Position numbers and translations under genes: made by a program
Notes under the pieces: generated by a model
The model's database searches: none
Told to the model about the DNA's origin: nothing
Seen by the model: only the letters and a program-made list of their open reading frames with translations
In this document: positions 36,777-45,808 of the stretch, one piece after another
Position numbering within the stretch: position 1 is the first letter of the stretch
Layout: the number at the start of each line of letters is the position of its first letter
Origin: a virus
Lineage: Duplodnaviria > Caudoviricetes
IMG/VR virus record: IMGVR_UViG_3300037247_001071
Coordinates: 1-52,884 of that record
Strand: one strand, 5' to 3'
Length of the DNA stretch: 52,884 nucleotides

Positions 36777-37087
36777 TGTCTCTCCCCCTTCAGCTCTTCC
36801 CACACGCGCTCCACGACCATCGGGAAGTCCAGGTTGAGCTTGGAACAGTAACCCATGAGTGCTATCACGACGTCGCCAACACCATTTGAGCAGTGGAGCC
36901 GCCAACCGCCTGCAGGTTCAGTGGACGTTTTGTATTTGGCACGACACCCTCGGGTGTGTGCGTGAGCAAGCTCCCCCATCTCTTCGACAGCAATGAGTAT
37001 CAACTCCGCGCCCGACTGATAGCCGAACTTCCGCGCGCTCCAGTCCGCGTGCTCCTCTTGAATCTTAGTCAGCGGTGTGTGCGCCAT
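36773..37087 (-). CDS. MazG-like nucleotide pyrophosphohydrolase
   Basis: W...F, EEMGELAHA, GVGDVVIAL. Confidence 0.7.
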   Translation of the reverse strand: MAHTPLTKIQEEHADWSARKFGYQSGAELILIAVEEMGELAHAHTRGCRAKYKTSTEPAGGWRLHCSNGVGDVVIALMGYCSKLNLDFPMVVERVWEELKGERQ

Positions 37088-37643
37088 AGAACTTCTCCAT
37101 CGCATTATTGAGCTCGCGGTGCAGCTGGTCCACGTTGCGGGCGAAGACCGTGTGATCGACCACCTCAGAGAGGCGAAGTGAAGCCATCTCTTCAGAGACA
37201 TGGCCGTAGCTGGGATTGTGGCACTGATCGTCAGTGCGGACGATCCCGAGTATCTGACCCCCGAGATCCCGAATCATCTCGACCTCGTTGTCAAATCGCA
37301 CATCGGTAATGACCACGTCCTTGTCCCGGAGGTCGCCGGTGGCGAGGCGTAGGCGCATGAGTTGGACCCAGTGGTCCTGGCCGAAGATGTCTCGCACGCT
37401 CTCGGTGCCGAGCTTCTGCAGCATGTGCCGCACGCTGAAGCCCCACGCCGGGTGGGCGGACTCGCGGTCGTAGTTCACTCCGTGGACTTCCTCATGGGAC
37501 AGCCCGAAGATGTGGCGCGCCGCGTCCTTCAGCGGCCCCGCGAACATGGCCCTGGCATCGAAGCCGTGGTTGGTCACAAGGTAGTTGCCAGCCGTGTCCT
37601 TGCCCGAACGAGCGAGGCCGGCGAGGCCGATGAGCCTACCCAC
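37065..37643 (-). CDS. Deoxynucleoside monophosphate kinase
   Basis: GLARSGKDT, FAGPLK, RHMLQKLGTE, VITDVRFDNE, HVSE; GTG at 37643. Confidence 0.9.
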   Translation of the reverse strand: MGRLIGLAGLARSGKDTAGNYLVTNHGFDARAMFAGPLKDAARHIFGLSHEEVHGVNYDRESAHPAWGFSVRHMLQKLGTESVRDIFGQDHWVQLMRLRLATGDLRDKDVVITDVRFDNEVEMIRDLGGQILGIVRTDDQCHNPSYGHVSEEMASLRLSEVVDHTVFARNVDQLHRELNNAMEKFYGAHTAD

Positions 37644-38091
37644 TGCGTTTCTCCAGCCGAGCGAGCGCGCCCTGAAAACGATCCATGCGGAGATCCATCT
37701 CAGACAAGCGCTTCTCCATACCGCGCGGTGCGTTGTGGCGGTCAAGCAGCTTGTCGATGGCGTCGAGGCGCTTGTCGGTCGCCTCCGCCAGGATGCTCAG
37801 AGCTTGCACGCCCTCATCTTGCAGTGCATCCGCGCGTTCCTGTAAGGTGAGGGTCGCAGCATGGAGAAGCGCGATGTCCTCATCGTGGCTGCCCGGCGCC
37901 AAGCTGTCCACGGCGAGCTGCATCTCCCCGAGGGTGCCCCTCATGGCCTCGACCTCGCGTTTCATGAACTGCTCCAGCGCGTCCCGCTTCTGGCGATTGC
38001 CCGAAAACTTCTGCACCATCTGGGTCTGGTTCAGATCCACCTGGCGCTGGATGAACCGGATCTGCTGCTGTACTTGATCTGCACTCGGCAT
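37636..38091 (-). CDS. Coiled-coil hypothetical protein
   Basis: AAGGAG RBS; heptad pattern. Confidence 0.6.
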   Translation of the reverse strand: MPSADQVQQQIRFIQRQVDLNQTQMVQKFSGNRQKRDALEQFMKREVEAMRGTLGEMQLAVDSLAPGSHDEDIALLHAATLTLQERADALQDEGVQALSILAEATDKRLDAIDKLLDRHNAPRGMEKRLSEMDLRMDRFQGALARLEKRSG

Positions 38092-38167
38092 GCGGTGCTC
38101 CTTTCAAAAGAGGCCCGCCGCGGTCGGCAGCCGACGGAGCGACTCGGCGCGGCGGGCCATGGAAGGG

Positions 38168-38479
38168 TTACTCCGGGGAGACGACGACGATTTGCACGGT
38201 GCCCTGGATCTTTTCCACCGTGAGGCGGATGACCTTGCCGACGAGATCGTCATCGCCGAAGAGCGTCGCGAGCTGGTTGCCGCGGCCTTTGTTGAGCACG
38301 AGACGCTTCTTCGTCTCCGCGAAAGCCAACACGGGTTTGTCTTCGGCTTGTGCACCCTGGCCGACCTCCATGAGGTCCGCGAAGACGATGGTGAAAGCGT
38401 TGTCGGGGGCGAGGTCGCACGCCTCGTCAACGGTAAAGAAGCCCGGGAGCTTTTCCAAGAGAGATTTGGCGTTGGCCAT
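38168..38479 (-). CDS. Putative OB-fold/ssDNA-binding-like protein
   Basis: KPVLAF...LVLNK...LFG...GKVIRL; coupled to the nuclease gene. Confidence 0.45.
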   Translation of the reverse strand: MANAKSLLEKLPGFFTVDEACDLAPDNAFTIVFADLMEVGQGAQAEDKPVLAFAETKKRLVLNKGRGNQLATLFGDDDLVGKVIRLTVEKIQGTVQIVVVSPE

Positions 38480-39312
38480 TACTTCTCCTTGTCGGGGGAC
38501 GTGCCTTTTCCAAGGCAAATGTCCCAGTGGTCACAGTACTTGGCCGAACAGAGCCCATGCCCCGGGGCCGCCAAAGAAAAAGGTTGCAGGTTGAAGCCAG
38601 CGACTTCGGGCGCTCCATTTCCGCACCCCGAGAGACGCTTTGCCTCCACCCACCTAGAGTCTACCACGTTCAGCGTAGTTGTCAACCACGATTCCGTAAG
38701 TGTAAGCTGAGCCTCGTCGAACGAGACCACAACGCCACGAACCGGCGCGCCCCCCGGCAGGTAGTAGATGAACCCCGCGTTACGGGCCCCCGTGGCGAGG
38801 CAATAGATCTGAAGCTGTAGGCTCCGCTTTGCCTCGTGCGGGGAATTGATTCGCATCGGGTTCCCGATCGTCTTGTGATCCAGGACACAGTGCCCCTCCG
38901 TGCTGCCGCACGGCTTGCCATTGGGATCGAACAATGGGGTGCGCGAGGACTGCAGATCGATCTTGCCGACAATCTTCAGCAGACCACAGTGATTGAACCA
39001 CTCCTCGACCTTGCCCTTCATGGGGGTGAGCTGCTCGAAAACAGGCACGGCGCGCTCCAGGTAGCTCGCGAGCACCGGCGCCTTCAGGTAGCCCTCCGGT
39101 GGGTCGCCGGCGACGAGCTCTGCCGCCTGCACGGCGGTCAGGCCCCCCGTCATGTGGGTCGCCATGTGTTCCAGCGCCGCGTGGACGTGGTTGCCCCGCT
39201 TGATGGGCGGGGTGTCCCAGTCGCCCGAGATCAACGCGGCGAAGGCACTCCGGCGCTCGCAGATGTCCGAAAAGGTGTTGAGCCTGGAGAAACTATGCTT
39301 CTTCGGGTTCAC
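38479..39312 (-). CDS. PD-(D/E)XK (RecB/Cas4-like) exonuclease
   Basis: SFSRL..C, GNHVH, GKID, VLDHKT, QLQIY, C-terminal Cys cluster. Confidence 0.82.
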   Translation of the reverse strand: MNPKKHSFSRLNTFSDICERRSAFAALISGDWDTPPIKRGNHVHAALEHMATHMTGGLTAVQAAELVAGDPPEGYLKAPVLASYLERAVPVFEQLTPMKGKVEEWFNHCGLLKIVGKIDLQSSRTPLFDPNGKPCGSTEGHCVLDHKTIGNPMRINSPHEAKRSLQLQIYCLATGARNAGFIYYLPGGAPVRGVVVSFDEAQLTLTESWLTTTLNVVDSRWVEAKRLSGCGNGAPEVAGFNLQPFSLAAPGHGLCSAKYCDHWDICLGKGTSPDKEK

Positions 39313-39527
39313 GTCACCACCAGGATCTCGATAACCTCACCGCCCCTGAGGCGGGCCACAAACTTCGCTCCGAAGAGGTCGGAGAGCGTGCCGTAACAGA
39401 GCTCCGGCCCGACACGATCCTCCTCAGGTAGCTGGGCCGTGCGTTTTGAGGTGTGTACCTCCGCGTTTTTGCAGACGGTATCATTATCTTCAAAGCTGCG
39501 TACAAAGTACAGTCGCTTGGTTCTCAT
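39309..39527 (-). CDS. Hypothetical protein
   Basis: ATGA coupling upstream and GTGA coupling downstream. Confidence 0.5.
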   Translation of the reverse strand: MRTKRLYFVRSFEDNDTVCKNAEVHTSKRTAQLPEEDRVGPELCYGTLSDLFGAKFVARLRGGEVIEILVVT

Positions 39528-39877
39528 CGTTCTCTCTCCAGCCGCTGCAGCGGCTCTTCGTCGTTGACGATCCCGGTCACAGCATCTTCCACGATCTCCT
39601 GGATGATCCGCAGGTGCGCCTCCCCAATCCCGTGGCGCCAGTTGGCTTCGTTCGTGGCGAGAAGCTCGATGAAGGCTCGCTCCGTCGCAAGCCATTCCAG
39701 GGACCGGGTGTGCGCTGCGACAGCATGCGCCTCGATCCTCTCGAAAGACCGCACGTCCGCAGCGATGGCGTGCGCCTCGATGGCATCGTGCTCGTATTCG
39801 CGCCACTGGTAGAGTCCATAGACACTGGCGCAGATGAGCACCTGGATCCACAGGAAACGTGCGATCTTCTTGACCAC
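39524..39877 (-). CDS. Hypothetical membrane-anchored protein
   Basis: N-terminal hydrophobic segment; internal IEAHA repeat. Confidence 0.5.
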   Translation of the reverse strand: MVKKIARFLWIQVLICASVYGLYQWREYEHDAIEAHAIAADVRSFERIEAHAVAAHTRSLEWLATERAFIELLATNEANWRHGIGEAHLRIIQEIVEDAVTGIVNDEEPLQRLERER

Positions 39878-40717
39878 TTAGGTCTCCAATCCGTAGTACA
39901 GCTGCAGGTTCTCGGCGGCAATGGCATCTTCCCGGAGCGCTTCCTCGGTGCGAGGCGTATAAGCCAGGCGTTCCATGCGAAATTGGGTCTGAAGCACATT
40001 GTTAGGATGCTTGCCTCGCAGAAGTTCGCGTATCTCTTCCGCGGCGAGAGGCACAGGCATGTCAATGATGTTGGTGATGTCTGCATTCGCTATCCCAAGC
40101 GGCGAGAGACCGGGTGTCGCGGCAACCATGGCTGCTTTGTACAAAATCTCGACGGCGTCTCCGATGTGGGTAGTGAATGCGCTCCACGTGTCGCCAGTGA
40201 ACTTCCCACGAGACAGCGCGAAATTGAGCGCAGTGTTCGGGCGGTTGGGTAAGCGATCCGAGAAGTTGCCCCACACCGTGCCGAAACGGAACAGCCGCGC
40301 CGACGGTTTGCGTAAAAGGAATCGCTCTGCGCGCGCCTTCGTCTCTCCGTAGAGAGAGACCGTGTCGGTGAGTGCCCGCATGCTGCTGACGTAGATTATC
40401 TGGTGTGCGTACTTCGCGATCATCAGAGGCATCGACACCATGAGCTCCGCATACGCGCTGCGCCATTCCTCCTTGTTTGCACATCCGGCCGGCTCCCGGT
40501 GGAAGCTGGCAAGATACACGACCACTACACCTCGATAGGTACTGGCGGGGAGGTCGCGCACGTCTTTGATCACGGTGTGTGGAATGTTGTCCATTTTCTT
40601 CTTGCCAAAGATGCCAAGGTCAAACCCTTGGACCCAGTCCACGTTGTGCATCGAGAAGTGATCCATGAGCCGGGAGCCGATGTAGCCGCCGGCGCCGATG
40701 ACAATGATTTCGCGCAT
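39878..40717 (-). CDS. NAD-dependent epimerase/dehydratase (extended SDR)
   Basis: GAGGYIG, YVSS, YGETK (YxxxK), RFGTVWG; ATG at 40717 overlaps the polA stop (TAATG). Confidence 0.85.
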   Translation of the reverse strand: MREIIVIGAGGYIGSRLMDHFSMHNVDWVQGFDLGIFGKKKMDNIPHTVIKDVRDLPASTYRGVVVVYLASFHREPAGCANKEEWRSAYAELMVSMPLMIAKYAHQIIYVSSMRALTDTVSLYGETKARAERFLLRKPSARLFRFGTVWGNFSDRLPNRPNTALNFALSRGKFTGDTWSAFTTHIGDAVEILYKAAMVAATPGLSPLGIANADITNIIDMPVPLAAEEIRELLRGKHPNNVLQTQFRMERLAYTPRTEEALREDAIAAENLQLYYGLET

Positions 40718-42819
40718 TACTTCCACACCTCGCTCATTTCAAAGGCCACAGGGGGTACGGGCACCGATGGACAAACAGTCCGAAGCGCGGCCTCCATGCA
40801 CTTCGTCAAAATCCGGCCGTCCCCTTGGGCCCAGACCGTCTTGGACTCTACGGTGATGCTGTCGTGCACCACGGCCACCACGTTGAGGCCGGCTACGCAG
40901 CAATTGTTGAACGCTTCGGTGATGACGTCGGCGCCGGTGCCCTGGAAGAAGGCGTTGGCGGCGGCGCTGTACCGGCGATCCGGGATGGTACGCCCAGTCG
41001 GCAGTACCACCGTGTAAACGGCACCCTTGTTGATCCGGCGCGTCAGCTCGAAGGCGCTGGGCCACGTTTCCTCGGGGTCGAACCCCAGACGCTCCAGCCA
41101 CTCGGTGGTGTCCATACCGGGGGGTTTCAACTGCTTGTACGGATTCACCTCGAACGTGTTCAGGTACTCCCGGATGTCAGGGTATGCCGCGAACCAGCGG
41201 TTGCGGATCTCGTACGCCTTCTTTCGATCCCAGCCCAGGTTCATGACCTTCGACTGCAGCCAGAAACGACGCACACCCATGCCGCCGGGGAGCCCGAAGT
41301 TCGCGACCTTCGCGGCCTGCCGCTCGTCCGCCGCCACGTTCTCGACGCCCTTGCCGTACATGAGCGCAGCGGTCTGCGTGTGTACGTCAACGCCGCTGAG
41401 GAGGGACTCCATCAAGCGGCCCCTGATCCCCATGCAATGCATGACATGGGCAAGCGTGTAGAGTTCGAGCGTCGAGTAGTCGGCTATCACAAACTGGCAA
41501 CCCTTCCGCGCACGGTAGATCTTGCGCAGCTTCTTCGGCACTTGTGTGATGTTGACTTTCCGGCATGCCCATCTTCCCGTGGCGGCGCCGGGGATGTAGT
41601 AGGAAGGCTTCACTTCCTTGGCGCGCGCCTCAGTGAGCGGGCGGAGGAACGCGGTCAAGTACTTGTAGGCCTTCTGGTACTCCAGGAAGACCTTCAGGTC
41701 ATCGGGCAGCGCGCCCTCATAATCCTTCCAGTCGTCCCGTTTCAAGGACACCCGGCTTTGCTTACCGGACGTGGGCGCCTCGAAGTCCTGCTCGTCAGCA
41801 AACGCCTGGAATGCGGTGCGCAGAGCACCCTCGTTCTTGACGACGCGGCCCTCGACCTGTTCCAGTTCACCCCTCCAGCGGCGGCGCATCATGGGCGGGT
41901 CGTCTTGGTAGGGCTCCCACCGTCGGCCGATGTCCGGAGAAACATCGAGCTTGGGGCACTCCACAACATGGGGGAATACCTCGGCGCCGGGCTTGCGGAC
42001 GATGCGCGCGAAGCCCGCTCGAACCATGGCGCCCTGGAGCCCGCGCACTGTGCGCTCGTAACCGTCTTGCTCCTTCGCCAGGACCTCCGGATCTACCTCC
42101 AGGCCCTTCGGCACGAGGTACCAGGAACACCACGCCGCGGCCTTGGAGTACACGATGTCCGGGTGCTCCATGTCGGTGCCCGGGTGGCAGGCGATGAGCT
42201 TGTTCGGCGGCGGAGTCTTCCAGTGATTGCGGAAGCTCCCCAGGGGCAACGCGGCGAGGACCTTGGCGATGTCCGCGGTGACGTGTGCGTCCTGCAGGGC
42301 GTAATCACGTTGCTCCTGGGTCAGCTCCATGTCCCGGCGGAACGAAGTGCGCACGTCGCCTTTCTCCAGGACCCGGTAGAGCAGCTTCTCCGAGAGGTAT
42401 GCCAGCGTGATGGCCTTGTCCGTCGGGTCCGGGTGGCGCAGCAGGTACATGACGCGGGTGTCCCGGACGCGACCTTCTTCGACGAGTGTCTCGATCCGCG
42501 GCCGGAGCTCCGGGAACTGCTTCGTGATGACGGCGAGGTCAAACGCCACGTTGTGGAAGCAATACACCACGTCGTCGTCCTGCTCGAACAGCCGGCGGTG
42601 GGCTTGCTCATCCTCCCAGGTTAGCAGCCCAGCCTGCGCGGCCTTGAGGATGATAGCGCTGCCGGGCGACAGCCTCACCGGCTCGGGCATGTCATGCTTC
42701 GCGCCGGCAAAGGCCCACGTGGTGACGATGAGGTCGGGTACGTGGTGCCGGGTGTTCACCTTTGCGGAGCCCTGCGGAGGGATCAGCGTGGTCTCGGTGT
42801 CCAGAGCTAGATACCGCAT
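40717..42819 (-). CDS. polA: Family A DNA polymerase with 3'-5' exonuclease
   Basis: Exo LDTET / HNVAFD / YALQD; TGRW; motif A DYSTLE; motif B RQAAKVANFG; motif C VHDS; start at ATG 42819. Confidence 0.93.
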   Translation of the reverse strand: MRYLALDTETTLIPPQGSAKVNTRHHVPDLIVTTWAFAGAKHDMPEPVRLSPGSAIILKAAQAGLLTWEDEQAHRRLFEQDDDVVYCFHNVAFDLAVITKQFPELRPRIETLVEEGRVRDTRVMYLLRHPDPTDKAITLAYLSEKLLYRVLEKGDVRTSFRRDMELTQEQRDYALQDAHVTADIAKVLAALPLGSFRNHWKTPPPNKLIACHPGTDMEHPDIVYSKAAAWCSWYLVPKGLEVDPEVLAKEQDGYERTVRGLQGAMVRAGFARIVRKPGAEVFPHVVECPKLDVSPDIGRRWEPYQDDPPMMRRRWRGELEQVEGRVVKNEGALRTAFQAFADEQDFEAPTSGKQSRVSLKRDDWKDYEGALPDDLKVFLEYQKAYKYLTAFLRPLTEARAKEVKPSYYIPGAATGRWACRKVNITQVPKKLRKIYRARKGCQFVIADYSTLELYTLAHVMHCMGIRGRLMESLLSGVDVHTQTAALMYGKGVENVAADERQAAKVANFGLPGGMGVRRFWLQSKVMNLGWDRKKAYEIRNRWFAAYPDIREYLNTFEVNPYKQLKPPGMDTTEWLERLGFDPEETWPSAFELTRRINKGAVYTVVLPTGRTIPDRRYSAAANAFFQGTGADVITEAFNNCCVAGLNVVAVVHDSITVESKTVWAQGDGRILTKCMEAALRTVCPSVPVPPVAFEMSEVWK

Positions 42820-43136
42820 TGGCGCCTCCGTCTCGCGTGGGCTTCGACGTGACACGAGGCACAGAGCACCCGGAGCACGGGATAGTCCGGGTAATTGTGA
42901 CGCCGCAGCCAGATGTGCAGGTTTCGCCCCCCGTGACCACTCATCACAGCGCGGTGGGCGGCGCCGTCCCAGTTCACGTGGTGCAGCTGCAGCGCTTCGC
43001 CGGTATACCCGCAACTCGCACAGTGCCCGCCGTAGTGTCGGATCGCCTCGCGTTTCAGTCGCGCGTTGTAGGCGTTGTCCGAGTTCCGCTTTGCTTCGGA
43101 CGTGACACGTGGTTGCCCTTGGACCTTATTTGACAT
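42807..43136 (-). CDS. HNH endonuclease
   Basis: CASCG...LQLHHVN...VLCASCH. Confidence 0.75.
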   Translation of the reverse strand: MSNKVQGQPRVTSEAKRNSDNAYNARLKREAIRHYGGHCASCGYTGEALQLHHVNWDGAAHRAVMSGHGGRNLHIWLRRHNYPDYPVLRVLCASCHVEAHARRRRQCGI

Positions 43137-43746
43137 TCGCAGGCTCCTGACGTGCTTCCTGGATCCTGTCGTAGTAGACCTCCCAGAGACTCGCGCAGTC
43201 GTCTGGCGACATGGGCGTATAGTACTGAAGCAGATCGAGCTCGTGTTGCTTAAGATCTGTGTACTCAATCATACCATGATCGTTACGCATGAGCCAGTAG
43301 ATTTCGATTCGGCCCATGTCCTTATCCGCCGCGTGTACATGGTGGTCCATGCCGACATCTGTGAAAAGACCAGCCACTTCGTGAACCAGCCCAAGAATAC
43401 CTGCTTCCAGGATCTTGAATTGTTTTGCGTCGATCACTCTCTGCACCGGCGCGGTGAGATCTCCGACATACGCTTCGCCGGCGTCGTGAAGCAACCCCGC
43501 AAGCTGAACGTCGGGCCCGTAACCTCGCATGCGCAACAGCTTTACGACGTTGACACAGTGCTGGGCCACGGAGTAGAAGTGCTTCAGATGACCATTGAAC
43601 CTACACTGCATACCCAAAGCACGTGAGATGTCCGCGAGGTTGGGCTTCTTGTCACCGAGAAGGTCGAAGCCTTCGCCGGTCGCCGTGAACATGAACCCCC
43701 GAGAGCGGGGTTTGTTGCCGCCGTTGTACCAGTTATTTCCAGACAA
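43126..43746 (-). CDS. HD-domain 5'-deoxynucleotidase (YfbR/YfdR-like)
   Basis: CRFNGH, FYSVAQH, LLHDAGEAYVGD, HAAD. Confidence 0.85.
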   Translation of the reverse strand: MSGNNWYNGGNKPRSRGFMFTATGEGFDLLGDKKPNLADISRALGMQCRFNGHLKHFYSVAQHCVNVVKLLRMRGYGPDVQLAGLLHDAGEAYVGDLTAPVQRVIDAKQFKILEAGILGLVHEVAGLFTDVGMDHHVHAADKDMGRIEIYWLMRNDHGMIEYTDLKQHELDLLQYYTPMSPDDCASLWEVYYDRIQEARQEPANVK

Positions 43747-45241
43747 AATCCGTTCCTTCCTGCACGACGGTCATGCCGAACGCGCGCGCGCCGAGGTCCG
43801 CCTGTGTGAGTTTGATCAAGAAATTGACACTACCGTGTATGAACTCGTCATTCAGCCCGCCGGCGGGAAAGTAGGGTTCATCGAGTTTCTCGGGGTGATT
43901 CTTCATGAGGCTACCGAGTACCCGTTTGTTGTACGTCTTGCCGCTGTTCAACGCGCGCTGCAATGCCCACCGTGCATGTGTCTGAGTCTCGCTGAACACC
44001 CGACAGTATGCAGCAAGACCCGCCTCCAGGAAGGGTGCCATACGTCCCATGCTCATGCCACCCTTAATCGGGTCGGCGTTGGCGTGCGCGTGCATGATCT
44101 CGTAGATGATCTCGTTGCGGTGCGCGCGGGCATAGTTGATTGGCACGACGGACAGCCGCTGAGACTCACCTGGGATCTCCACGCGGAGGATCCTAGCGAG
44201 CATGTCACAGTGAAAACTGGCCGCCCCGATCACGCAGTTCATGATGAACAGCTTGCCAGGAAACTCGGTGCTCTCTGCCTCGAACTTGCCGCGTGCCTGG
44301 ATCACCGCGGTAGACCCAGTCACAGCGATTCGGTGGATGTAGTCCACGGCCTTGTCGATGTTGTCGTGCACCTCGACGCGGTCGGTGCGCAAGGACGCGA
44401 TGCTCTCGTCGTCCACGGCATCCCGACCCCGGCGCATGGACTTGACGCCTTGCTTCTTGTCGATCAGGTACTTGATCGCTGAGGCCAACTCTGTCTTACC
44501 CCGGCCGCGCTCCCAGGAGTCAATCACCAGAATCGGCCGCTGTTCGGTGAGGCTGGCAACGTGGAATGTCCCCAGCAGAAACGTATACACAGCACAGTGA
44601 GAATGAGGTGGCAAGTCGAAGCCGCTGAACAGCGCGCGAAGGTGCGTGTAATCTTCCGGCCCCTGCCGCAGGTTCACAACGGGGTGCGCAGGCATCCACT
44701 CGGGATCGGGGTACCGGGGATCCTTGTGGTACGGGTGCTGGAGGATCCCCGCGGCGGCAGTGACCCCTTCCCAGTCGCCGGACTGCGACATAAGGCGGCA
44801 CAGGCCCTCCGGTGGAGAGCGCAACACGCGCCTCACATCGTCCCCTCCCTCCCCGGCCCGAACGAAGTCGTGCGCGGACTCGCAGCCATTACGGCTCCAG
44901 ATGCCCCATTCGTACGGCGGGCTGGGGCTCGGAGTGATGACGAAGAGCACCCGGCCCTGTAGCCACTTGGCGACCGCCGCCTCGTTATTCAAGGGGGCCC
45001 AGGTCTTCGCGCCCCGGGCGTAGAGCTTGTTCATGTACGTGCGCACCAGCCCGGCCTCCGACAGCGCGGCGGCGAGCTCAATCAAAAACTGCATGTCCGA
45101 GCGAACCACGTTGTTACGCACCATGGTGTGCCCCTCCGGGACAGTCACGAGCACACGATGGGGCCCCAAGTGCGACGGCAGGCGCCAGAAGCACGGGTCG
45201 CCGGGGTAGGTGCGGAATAGCGGGGCTTGCTCCCAGGTCAT
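43733..45241 (-). CDS. Putative replicative helicase-like P-loop ATPase
   Basis: GRGKT (Walker A), VHDN (Walker B-like), IMN, LAR (Arg-finger-like). Confidence 0.6.
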   Translation of the reverse strand: MTWEQAPLFRTYPGDPCFWRLPSHLGPHRVLVTVPEGHTMVRNNVVRSDMQFLIELAAALSEAGLVRTYMNKLYARGAKTWAPLNNEAAVAKWLQGRVLFVITPSPSPPYEWGIWSRNGCESAHDFVRAGEGGDDVRRVLRSPPEGLCRLMSQSGDWEGVTAAAGILQHPYHKDPRYPDPEWMPAHPVVNLRQGPEDYTHLRALFSGFDLPPHSHCAVYTFLLGTFHVASLTEQRPILVIDSWERGRGKTELASAIKYLIDKKQGVKSMRRGRDAVDDESIASLRTDRVEVHDNIDKAVDYIHRIAVTGSTAVIQARGKFEAESTEFPGKLFIMNCVIGAASFHCDMLARILRVEIPGESQRLSVVPINYARAHRNEIIYEIMHAHANADPIKGGMSMGRMAPFLEAGLAAYCRVFSETQTHARWALQRALNSGKTYNKRVLGSLMKNHPEKLDEPYFPAGGLNDEFIHGSVNFLIKLTQADLGARAFGMTVVQEGTDFVWK

Positions 45242-45516
45242 TCTAGCTCCTCGTGCCACCTAGGACGTGGGTCCCACACGTACTCCGTGAGCAGCTTGCG
45301 GATCAGATTCGCCGGCAACTTGCCGGTCCGTATGATCGCGGCCCAGACCTCGTCAGTCAGGCGCACCTGGAAGACCTCCCCGGGCTTGACCTTCTTCTCG
45401 GGCAAACCGAGCGACTCGCGGGCGAGCTTCTCGACCAGCTTCGAGAGCTTGATCTCCGGGTGTGCCTCCAAAAAGGCCAAGATGTCCTTCGGTAGGCGCA
45501 GGCGGAAGTCGTGCAT
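45238..45516 (-). CDS. Putative tandem ribbon-helix-helix regulator
   Basis: FRLRLPKD...LSKLVEKL and FQVRLTDE...ANLIRKLL; GGAGG RBS. Confidence 0.5.
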   Translation of the reverse strand: MHDFRLRLPKDILAFLEAHPEIKLSKLVEKLARESLGLPEKKVKPGEVFQVRLTDEVWAAIIRTGKLPANLIRKLLTEYVWDPRPRWHEELE

Positions 45517-45523
45517 GTTCCTC

Positions 45524-45796
45524 CTAGAACTCGAGAAAGTCGTTCTTCTCCGGCTGCGGCGGAACCCCCGGGTTCTGATCCGCGTAACGCTCTTCAAGCA
45601 TGCGCGTTATCAGGTCCTGGGTGTGATCCACGGACGGCAGCACCATGAGCATGTAATCGCCACTCACGGCCTGCAGCTCGTAGCCCTGCTTCGAGAGGCC
45701 GTTGATCTCCTGCTCGGTGATCGAGATGTCGGCGTTGATCGAGAGCAGCCGGTACTTCGGCAGTACGTTCTCGACTTCGGGAGTATCGTCCGACAT
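45524..45796 (-). CDS. Hypothetical acidic protein
   Basis: INGLSKQGYEL; operon packing. Confidence 0.55.
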   Translation of the reverse strand: MSDDTPEVENVLPKYRLLSINADISITEQEINGLSKQGYELQAVSGDYMLMVLPSVDHTQDLITRMLEERYADQNPGVPPQPEKNDFLEF

Positions 45797-45808
45797 AGCG
45801 GACCCTTT

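Noticed and set aside
38479-39312. Cas4/CRISPR association
   Set aside because: No repeat-spacer array anywhere in the window; the context is a standard recombination exonuclease.
39700-39790. Short internal repeat (IEAHA twice) in the membrane-anchored ORF
   Set aside because: Only two short copies, consistent with an ordinary helical repeat.
36773-43746. 2-aminoadenine (Z) or 7-deazaguanine genome suggested by HD + MazG + PolA
   Set aside because: No PurZ-like, FolE/QueCDE/DpdA-like or thymidylate-synthase-like gene is recognisable.
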